Source: Cyanobacteria bacterium SBLK
GTDB lineage: Bacteria > Cyanobacteriota > Cyanobacteriia > Cyanobacteriales > Spirulinaceae
Assembly (NCBI GenBank): GCA_017746715.1
Contig: JAGHZQ010000041.1
Location: 9,219-41,218 of the forward strand
Direction of reading: 5' to 3'
DNA length: 32,000 bases
Shown: positions 26,097 through 32,000 of the stretch, piece after piece
Numbering within the stretch: position 1 is the first letter of the stretch
How the letters are laid out: each line of letters opens with the position of its first letter
Program-made: the position numbers and the translations under genes
Notes under the pieces: generated by a model
What the model was told of the DNA's origin: nothing
The model's database searches: none
The model's input: the letters and a program-made list of their open reading frames with translations, nothing else

Positions 26097-27275
26097 GTGA
26101 AAGATGAAGAATTACGGAAAGATAAAGGGGAGGTAACAAAACAGACCGACCGGAGAGATGTCCCTCCTTCCCCTTTTTCTTTTCAGGTCCAAAAAACTTG
26201 TTCTCGCACGCGGGCGAGGGCGGGTATTTTTTATACTCCTCACGGTATTGTAGAAACGCCTCGTTTTATGCCTGTAGGGACGGTGGGGACGGTGAAGGGA
26301 CTGACCCCGGCTCAAGTGGAACAAACCGAGGCACAAATGATCCTCGCCAATACCTATCACCTCCATTTACAACCCGGAGAGGAGTTAGTAGAAAAGGCGG
26401 GGGGATTGCATCGGTTTATGGGGTGGAAACAGCCAATTTTGACGGATTCCGGCGGTTTTCAGGTTTTTAGTTTGAGCGAGTTGCGAAAAATTGAGGAAGA
26501 CGGCGTAACTTTTCGATCGCCTCTGGACGGTCGCCTCATTTATTTCACTCCCGAAGGTTCTATTGCCATTCAAAATACCCTCGGTGCCGATGTTATCATG
26601 GCGTTTGATGAATGTCCTCCCTATCCCGCAGAGCGGGAGGCGGTGAAGGCGGCGACAGAACGAACGTATCGCTGGTTGGAACGTTGCGTCGAGGCGCATC
26701 AACGCCCCCAAGAACAGGCATTATTTGGCATCGTACAGGGGGGAGTCTATCCGGATCTACGAGTGGATGCGGCGCGATCGCTCCTCGATTTCGATTTGCC
26801 GGGATACGCGATCGGGGGGGTGAGCGTAGGAGAACCGCCAGAACTGATGTATCCTATCGTAGAAGCCGCCGCGCCGATTTTACCGGAAAATAAACCCCGC
26901 TATTTGATGGGGGTGGGGACTTATCGAGAAATGGTGAGGGCGATCGCTGCCGGGATCGATTTGTTTGATTGCGTTATTCCCACTCGCTTTGGCAGGCACG
27001 GGACGGCAATGGTACGAGGAGAGCGGTGGAATTTAAAAAACGCCCGGTTTCGCGAGGATTTTCGCCCCCTCGACGAGACTTGTCCCTGTTATTGCTGTCG
27101 GACGTTTACCCGTGCCTATCTCAATCATCTGATCAAGTCCAAGGAAATGCTCGGTTATATTTTGCTGTCTTTGCACAACGTGACGGAGTTGGTGCGCTTT
27201 ACCCAACGCATTCGGGAGGCCATTTGGCGCGATCGCTTTACTGAAGAATTTGCCGAGTGGTTGGATGGGGAGTAG
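26097..27275 (+). CDS. tgt: Queuine tRNA-ribosyltransferase (tRNA-guanine transglycosylase)
   Basis: Tgt motifs: [35 protein letters not shown], and the zinc site CPCYCC...H ([21 protein letters not shown]). The only canonical in-frame start is the GTG at 26097. That adds a charged extension of roughly 25-30 aa before the usual FSF...ARAG N-terminus, so the true start is uncertain. Confidence 0.93.
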   Translation: MKDEELRKDKGEVTKQTDRRDVPPSPFSFQVQKTCSRTRARAGIFYTPHGIVETPRFMPVGTVGTVKGLTPAQVEQTEAQMILANTYHLHLQPGEELVEKAGGLHRFMGWKQPILTDSGGFQVFSLSELRKIEEDGVTFRSPLDGRLIYFTPEGSIAIQNTLGADVIMAFDECPPYPAEREAVKAATERTYRWLERCVEAHQRPQEQALFGIVQGGVYPDLRVDAARSLLDFDLPGYAIGGVSVGEPPELMYPIVEAAAPILPENKPRYLMGVGTYREMVRAIAAGIDLFDCVIPTRFGRHGTAMVRGERWNLKNARFREDFRPLDETCPCYCCRTFTRAYLNHLIKSKEMLGYILLSLHNVTELVRFTQRIREAIWRDRFTEEFAEWLDGE

Positions 27276-27344
27276 TTCGCCATACTATGTTAAAATCTAT
27301 TGCAATTCTTAATAAATGCTGTATCGGAAGGACTTAATAAATCA

Positions 27345-27482
27345 ATGAACGTTGCAATGCTGCTGGCTGAGTTACCCGAAGCCTATCAAATTTTCGATCC
27401 CCTCGTGGACGTACTCCCGCTTATTCCCTTATTTTTCTTGTTGCTTGCTTTTGTTTGGCAAGCGGCTGTGGGTTTCCGATAA
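27345..27482 (+). CDS. psbK: Photosystem II reaction centre protein K precursor
   Basis: The internal ATG at 27345 of track ORF 27300..27482 gives a 45-aa product, [45 protein letters not shown]. This matches the PsbK consensus ([27 protein letters not shown]). Confidence 0.9.
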   Translation: MNVAMLLAELPEAYQIFDPLVDVLPLIPLFFLLLAFVWQAAVGFR

Positions 27483-27518
27483 ACTACTTATTTTAAGTGG
27501 TACGGGATGCTTGAAAAT

Positions 27519-27547
27519 AAGACACCTCTTTAAGGGGTGTCTTTTGA
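27519..27547 (+). terminator. Rho-independent terminator after psbK
   Basis: An 8-bp perfect stem, aagacacc (27519-27526) with ggtgtctt (27536-27543), is followed by a T-rich run. It lies 37 nt after the psbK stop. Confidence 0.6.
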
Positions 27548-27598
27548 TATTTGTGAGGATTGATTGGGCGATCGGGCCCGATTGCGGAACTTGTTCTT

Positions 27599-27782
27599 TA
27601 TAGCACTACGTTTCAAGATTAGGACATCTCTAAATCCTGAAACCCAGTCAAAACTTGACTATTGCCCATTCGCTGTTCCCTGTTTTCTAGCACGTAGTGC
27701 TATATCAGTGAAAAAAATTTACCAAAGAGATACGAAGAGAGGAAGAAAAAATAGTCTTAATCTGCTTTTGTAGTGCTATATT
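27599..27782. repeat. 13-bp perfect inverted repeat enclosing 80 nt, plus a third direct copy of one arm
   Basis: tatagcactacgt at 27599-27611 is the reverse complement of acgtagtgctata at 27692-27704. gtagtgctatat recurs at 27770-27781. Confidence 0.5.
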
Positions 27783-27860
27783 AATGTCAGTTCGGGTTAA
27801 GGAAATACAATTTTTAAAAAAGTTAGAGTGTTGATAAATCTTTGCTGAGAATCATAAGTT

Positions 27861-27935
27861 GTCTGGGGGGCTAGCCCCCCAGACCCCCCATTGGGAGCGC
27901 AGCGCCGCCCCCAACCCCCCCGCGCAGGGCTTCGC
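27861..27935. repeat. GC-rich palindromic element
   Basis: A perfect 24-nt palindrome, gtctggggggctagccccccagac (27861-27884), is followed by C-rich sequence (ccccccattgggagcgcagcgccgcccccaaccccccc). Its composition stands out sharply from the AT-rich surroundings. It looks like a dispersed intergenic repeat type. Confidence 0.5.
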
Positions 27936-28101
27936 TATAGTTTGAGGGTCTCTATACTTAACAACATTCTTTCTAACCCATAAGAATGAGCACAATACTT
28001 CAGTTTAGAGTTTTAATGAATGTTTACTCATTAAACGGATTTGGTATTAGGTGTTAATTGATGATTTATAATTTGAGTATTAATTGTTTTTCCTCCTTCT
28101 T

Positions 28102-28311
28102 TTAATGGTGATTTTGCCAGCGAACTTGCAAATTTTGCGTTTTTCCAATATAGGCAAAGCGAGGGAGATTGTCCCGACAAACAACAAAATATAAACCGGG
28201 TGACTGGGGAAGAAATCCGCGATCGGCAAAAGAGACACATGAACCAGTTGTGAGGAGTTTTTCTAATGTGATATCAATCATATTTGTGGTGTTTTTCCAT
28301 CGCAAAATCAA
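28102..28311 (-). pseudogene. Truncated GIY-YIG nuclease-family ORF (N-terminal half only)
   Basis: The 69-aa ORF contains SPGLYFVVCRDNLPRFAYIGKTQNLQVRWQNHH, which covers the GIY...YIG...R part of the fold. It stops right after HH, where family members normally continue for another 40-50 aa with the catalytic Glu/Asn. Confidence 0.5.
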
Positions 28312-28366
28312 AATATCCCACTATGTTAACTGATTCGCTAGGTGGGAAATTGCTTGTTCTGGATTG

Positions 28367-28665
28367 TCAGGCTGAGGCTTTTTCTTCTTCACTCAGTCCA
28401 AACTCCAAACGCAATTCTTCAACGGTAAAAGACGGGTTGCTCTTTTCTCGATATCGTTCTAAAGATTCCAGCAAATGCTTGGTATTTTTGTGAGACTGAA
28501 ATAAATAAACTGTCTCCAACAAACTCTCTAATTCCGCAGTCGAAGCAGGGAAACACTTTCATCACCTTCACGAACAATCGCGATCGCTTGACCATCGCCA
28601 ATTACCGTGTCATAAATCTTGTCAAAATTTTGGATTGCCTCGGTATAAGGAATTTCAACAGACAT
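28367..28665 (-). pseudogene. Frameshifted Phd/YefM-family antitoxin
   Basis: From the ATG at 28665 the frame reads MSVEIPYTEAIQNFDKIYDTVIGDGQAIAIVREGDESVSLL, then hits a stop. A second frame continues STAELESLLETVYLFQSHKNTKHLLESLERYREKSNPSFTVEELRLEFGLSEEEKASA, ending at TGA 28367-28369. Joined together, they match the YefM pattern (..VV.S.E.YESL.ET.YLL.S..N...L..S). The shift is at about 28540-28546 and is consistent with loss of one T. Confidence 0.65.
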
Positions 28666-28761
28666 GGATTTTTTTGTAGATATGGCAATTATCAGTTTAA
28701 CCCAACGATTCCCATAGCAACTTAAAAAGTGCGATCGCTTTTGGGGATGCGATCGCTCATC

Positions 28762-30072
28762 TCATTCTTTTGTTGTTTGTCCGATCGCCATTGCATATAA
28801 AATCGAGCGATCGGTTTCTAAAAAGGCTTGCACTTCATCGTCAAAAAATGCACCAATGCCGCTACAACCAATATTAAGGGCAGTCGCCGCGAGATAGATG
28901 CGCTGTCCGATGATACCCGCTTGATTTAACGCGATGCGATAATTGTCAAAACGGGCAGTAAAGAAAAAGACTACCGCACTATCCCGAGCGATCGCTTGAT
29001 TAATGCAAAGATAGCCCGTTTGCTTCTGAAATTCTCCGGCTTTAAGGATTTTTTGGCTGAAGGGATAGCGATAAATTCCCGGCTGCATATCCGTCACGCA
29101 TTGCACAATGGCGAAAATCTCAACCGTTTCCAACTGTTCGCTGGGAATGGGTTGTTGCAATGCCTCGCAAACCATCCCAAAATCATCGCGGCTAATGGGA
29201 CGGGGGAAAAATCGCCGTGCCGATCGCCGTTGTTGAGTCGCTTGCAACCATTGGGGAGGGGCGAGGGGAAAGATGGGCTGCTGCAGGGAATAACGGCGAG
29301 GCATCTCGCTGAATGTATCGTCGTAACCTGCTTCAATAAAGGAATTGGGTTCAAAATAATCGCTGCCGGAAACAATGGGCATCGGCGATCGCAACCGTCG
29401 CGCCGTTTTCTCTTTGGGTTCTCCGGCGATCGCGACTGCGGTGAGAAATTCTTTGTTTTCAAAGCCAAAAACTTCATTGAGGGCAAGGCGATCGAAATCG
29501 AACAACAGTCTGTAAGGATAACCCAATATATACGCTGCCGCCTCGATCGCTCCCAAATGATGACCGCTATCTAAAAAACAATAGCGCAAGCTGCGTTTTT
29601 TGTATTTCCAACTGGAGCGGAAATAGACGCAGCTCACTAAAAAGATACATCCGTGAATGAGGCGATCGTCGTGCAAGTATCCTTCGATACCGTCGTCGAT
29701 GAGTTCGTAAATCAGCGTAAGGACATTATTTTGCGGTTCTAAATGGTATATCCCATCGAGCATTCCCTTAATGCCCCGGATTTGCACGTATAATTCCGTA
29801 GGGTAGAGACCGCCGGCAGAAGGTTGAACGCGCAATAATTGCGTCGTCCCGTCGCGATATTCTTTTTGATAAGTGATAGCACTGGTGAGGGAGAGGAAGC
29901 GATGCAGGGAATTTTCCGGCTCTAAGGGAAAGCGCCGGAAAAAATGGGGATAGGTTTTAAAGGCGACGGGTTGCGTTCTCGGATCGACGTAATTGGGATC
30001 GATCTGAACCGAGAGAGGGGTATGTTTGGTCGCCTCGTGGTATTTGTTAGCGATCGCGCTAGACAGTAACAT
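28762..30072 (-). CDS. SagB-type (nitroreductase-fold, two-lobed) dehydrogenase family protein
   Basis: 436-aa ORF with the N-terminal KYHEATKH signature, RVQPSAGGLYPTELY, and a second nitroreductase-like half starting QQRRSARRFFPRPISRDDF. Its start overlaps the upstream ankyrin gene by 14 nt. Confidence 0.85.
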   Translation of the reverse strand: MLLSSAIANKYHEATKHTPLSVQIDPNYVDPRTQPVAFKTYPHFFRRFPLEPENSLHRFLSLTSAITYQKEYRDGTTQLLRVQPSAGGLYPTELYVQIRGIKGMLDGIYHLEPQNNVLTLIYELIDDGIEGYLHDDRLIHGCIFLVSCVYFRSSWKYKKRSLRYCFLDSGHHLGAIEAAAYILGYPYRLLFDFDRLALNEVFGFENKEFLTAVAIAGEPKEKTARRLRSPMPIVSGSDYFEPNSFIEAGYDDTFSEMPRRYSLQQPIFPLAPPQWLQATQQRRSARRFFPRPISRDDFGMVCEALQQPIPSEQLETVEIFAIVQCVTDMQPGIYRYPFSQKILKAGEFQKQTGYLCINQAIARDSAVVFFFTARFDNYRIALNQAGIIGQRIYLAATALNIGCSGIGAFFDDEVQAFLETDRSILYAMAIGQTTKE

Positions 30073-30526
30073 TTTTCAGTATCTTGATAATGTTGAAGTT
30101 GGCCGCAAAATCGATCGCTTGAAAATCATCTAAATTCTTTAATTTGGCATCGGCATTCATCGCCAAAAGTGCCCTCACCATCTCGGTTTTACCTGCCGAG
30201 GACGCATACATTAACGCCGTTGCCCCGTTATCATTCTGGTTGTCGCAGTTGATGCCTGCTTCGACCAATAGTTCGATCAGATCGTAGCGATCGCGAAAAC
30301 AAGCGAACCATAAGGCATTGTTGCCGTCGTTATTTCTCGCATTCAACAAGGCTCCGGCTCGAATCAGCGATCGCGCGGTTTCCAATTCTCCTTCCCGCGT
30401 TGCCTGCATCAGAGCCGTATCGCCATTTTCCCCTGGCTGCTCTAGATTATTAGCATCGAATCCCCGCACCTGCAACCAATTTTCGAGAATCGGATCGATG
30501 CGATCGCGAACAGATACTTGACTCAT
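30059..30526 (-). CDS. Ankyrin-repeat protein (about 3-4 ANK repeats)
   Basis: ANK consensus: GDTALMQATREGELETARSLIRAGALLNARNNDGNNALWFACFRDRYDLIELLVEAGINCDNQNDNGATALMYASSAGKTEMVRALLAMNADAKLKN. The track ORF starts at the TTG at 30559. I prefer the ATG at 30526 (MSQVSVRD...). Confidence 0.85.
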   Translation of the reverse strand: MSQVSVRDRIDPILENWLQVRGFDANNLEQPGENGDTALMQATREGELETARSLIRAGALLNARNNDGNNALWFACFRDRYDLIELLVEAGINCDNQNDNGATALMYASSAGKTEMVRALLAMNADAKLKNLDDFQAIDFAANFNIIKILKNVTV

Positions 30527-30801
30527 GGTATTTTTGTAATATTGAAATCGGCTATCCAAATGTTGTCGGGGATGGCCGCGGACTTTACCAGTTTAGAATG
30601 AGAAAAAAATGGATTCGCGATCGCTATTAACCCCCTACTCAGTGGCGAGAATTGAATTGGGGCAAGGATTGGAACATTGCGATCGGGTGAGGGAATGAGA
30701 ATTTACTAGATACTGTCTCTCTCTCGCTATTTCTGGGCGCTACAGAGAGGGGATAAAAATGCGATCGCGCTTTTCAATTCTCACCGTGTATTGCGTCCGC
30801 T

Positions 30802-30941
30802 AGGGATTGAAAATCCCTGGCTCATATGAAAAATCCATTGAAATGGATTGCGATCGCTACATCCATTCAACTTGTTATATTTTGAATTGATGAGTCCTCT
30901 TGAGAGGACTTTTTGTATGAGACGGGGAATTTGATTCCCCG
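30802..30941 (+). other. Cluster of four short perfect hairpins in a 0.5-kb spacer; the third is terminator-like
   Basis: The four hairpins are agggatt-gaa-aatccct (30802-30818), aatccatt-ga-aatggatt (30832-30849), agtcctct-tg-agaggact followed by tttt (30893-30914), and cggggaat-ttg-attccccg (30923-30941). Confidence 0.4.
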
Positions 30942-31079
30942 GTGGTCGCTGAGCACTGCCGAAGCGCGGATCGAAAATGAGAGGATAAACGCTATTACAT
31001 TTTCTTTCCCTGTTACCGTGGCGATCGCACTTCCTATCGATGGAAATGCGATCTCTAAATCAACCCTTTTTTGAATTGA

Positions 31080-31739
31080 TTACTGTTTTTTCTTCACTCC
31101 CCATGCACCTAAACTGAGGAGAGCTAATACTCCCAATATGGCGGTGGGTTCGGGGGTTGTTACGGGATCGGGATCAGGATCGGGATCGGGATTGAAACCG
31201 AGAATTCCATCAATGTCAGCCTGAAAAACGAGAGGAGCATCACTTTGGGTAAAACCATTCTCCCAAACTAATTCTAAGGAGGTACGCACATCATCTAATG
31301 TATTAGGTATAGAACCCGAGTAAGTAAAAGAGGTTGGAGGAACACCACTACTACTTCCAACAGAAGTTCCAAATCCCGTTCCGGGAGTTAGGCCTGGGTA
31401 AAAGATAGAATCAAATACGGCATTAGCCGGAAGTGCATTAATAAAAAGAGAGGAGATTGCACCATTTCCAGTGTAGCCAAATGTCCAGACAAAACGAAAG
31501 TCAGTATCGCCATCTTTGGATAAAAACCAATCAGATCGCCTTGCTTCCCCAGAATCGCTGCTTGTTGCTTCCCAAATGTCTCTTTCTGTAGTACCATCAA
31601 CATACTTAACTGTAACCTCAAGCCCCACCAGATCGGCTCCGTTAATTTCATCCACGAAAGTGAATGCTGTTGCTGATAGAGGAAACATCAAAAACGTTCC
31701 CGCTATTGCTAAACTGAGGGTTTTGATTGAATTCATCAT
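31080..31739 (-). CDS. Secreted PEP-CTERM sorting-domain protein
   Basis: 219-aa ORF with the signal peptide MMNSIKTLSLAIAGTFLMFPLSATA. The C-terminus reads DPDPDPDPDPVTTPEPTAILGVLALLSLGAWGVKKKQ, which is a PEP motif, a transmembrane helix and a basic tail. Confidence 0.8.
   Translation of the reverse strand: MMNSIKTLSLAIAGTFLMFPLSATAFTFVDEINGADLVGLEVTVKYVDGTTERDIWEATSSDSGEARRSDWFLSKDGDTDFRFVWTFGYTGNGAISSLFINALPANAVFDSIFYPGLTPGTGFGTSVGSSSGVPPTSFTYSGSIPNTLDDVRTSLELVWENGFTQSDAPLVFQADIDGILGFNPDPDPDPDPVTTPEPTAILGVLALLSLGAWGVKKKQ
31164..31193. repeat. Hexanucleotide microsatellite (GGGATC-like, 5 units) encoding the (DP)5 linker
   Basis: gggatc gggatc aggatc gggatc gggatt lies inside the PEP-CTERM gene. 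Confidence 0.8.
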
Positions 31740-31869
31740 ATCAACCTCTTTTTATACCTTGAAAAAATAAAAACTTCTTGCGTTCTCCATTCATTACACC
31801 CTAATTACTATTTACCATGAATCCAAGAAAAACTGATAAAAAACACGGAAAGTTTAACTAGATAAAGAA

Positions 31870-32000
31870 ATGATGAAAAAATCCCTTGCTGTTAACTTGA
31901 AAATTGCTATTCTGTCGCTTGGTTTAGCATCCTCTTTCGTTGTACCTGCGAGAGGAAACTCGTTGCAACCTGTTGACAGTACGGCGATTACTCAAAATGG
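31870..32000 (+). CDS. 5' end of a probable secreted protein (runs off the window)
   Basis: The ATG at 31870 gives MMKKSLAVNLKIAILSLGLASSFVVPARGNSLQPVDSTAITQN..., which is signal-peptide-like. There is no stop before the edge, so the ORF is not in the track. Confidence 0.4.
   Translation, partial: MMKKSLAVNLKIAILSLGLASSFVVPARGNSLQPVDSTAITQN

Larger units (their letters stand above)
1..32000. repeat. HIP1 (GCGATCGC) highly iterated palindrome, dispersed across the whole window
   Basis: Many copies occur in both coding and non-coding sequence. Examples are 158-165 and the overlapping double copy gcgatcgcgatcgc at 4251-4264. HIP1 abundance is a hallmark of many cyanobacterial genomes. Confidence 0.9.

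Noticed and set aside
26097-26180. The N-terminal extension of Tgt as a novel fused domain.
   Set aside because: It is only about 25-30 charged residues and arises because GTG 26097 is the sole canonical in-frame start. An unusual start codon or a local sequence error is more likely than a new domain. The point is noted in the feature evidence instead.
27564-27773. A 69-aa plus-strand ORF in the psbK-downstream spacer.
   Set aside because: It spans the inverted-repeat element, has no RBS or homology signal, and starts inside or after the psbK terminator region. The repeat structure explains it better.
30791-30822. The sequence ttgcgtccgctagggattgaaaatccctgg resembles the 3' part of cyanobacterial CRISPR repeats (...AGGGATTGAAAC).
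   Set aside because: Only one copy is present. There is no regular repeat-spacer periodicity and no cas gene in the window, and the motif is simply the first of several unrelated small hairpins.
1-32000. A scan for tRNA or rRNA genes, transposases or integrases, and CRISPR arrays.
   Set aside because: I saw no T-loop or anticodon-arm-like cloverleaf candidates, no rRNA-like conserved blocks, no DDE, tyrosine or serine recombinase motifs in any long ORF, and no regularly spaced repeats of 25-40 nt.

Overview
The window is a cyanobacterial chromosome segment. The HIP1 octamer GCGATCGC is scattered through genes and spacers, and psbK, cobS and tgt are present. All calls rest on reading the sequence and the ORF track and on motif recognition from memory; no searches were run.

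Layout:
- 1-16016 (minus strand): three head-to-tail giant paralogs sharing a Ser/Thr kinase - AAA_16/STAND ATPase - TPR/helical - GAF scaffold. Two end in a class III cyclase. The first of these runs off the left edge, so it is missing from the ORF track. The third ends in a His-kinase plus receiver.
- 16173-17306 (minus strand): a small secreted DUF3122-like protein and an ArsR-family regulator.
- 17501-20245 (plus strand): an NLR-like STAND gene. It has a helical N-domain, an N/Q/G/I-rich strand motif, an NB-ARC domain, and six near-identical 126-bp TPR units. A single in-frame TGA splits it. I consider this the most interesting locus.
- 20455-24255 (minus strand): a convergent 1266-aa exoprotein with a TpsA-type secretion domain, a Gly-rich beta-helix and a CHAT (caspase-like) domain. 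No TpsB partner is visible.
- 24457-27482: housekeeping genes cobS, a conserved hypothetical, tgt, and psbK with a terminator.
- 27550-28760: a decayed accessory islet with an inverted repeat, a GC-rich palindrome, a truncated GIY-YIG ORF and a frameshifted Phd/YefM antitoxin.
- 28762-30526: an overlapping ankyrin / SagB-type dehydrogenase gene pair.
- 30560-32000: a hairpin-rich spacer, a PEP-CTERM protein, and the start of another secreted protein.

I recognised no rRNA, tRNA, CRISPR array or transposase.
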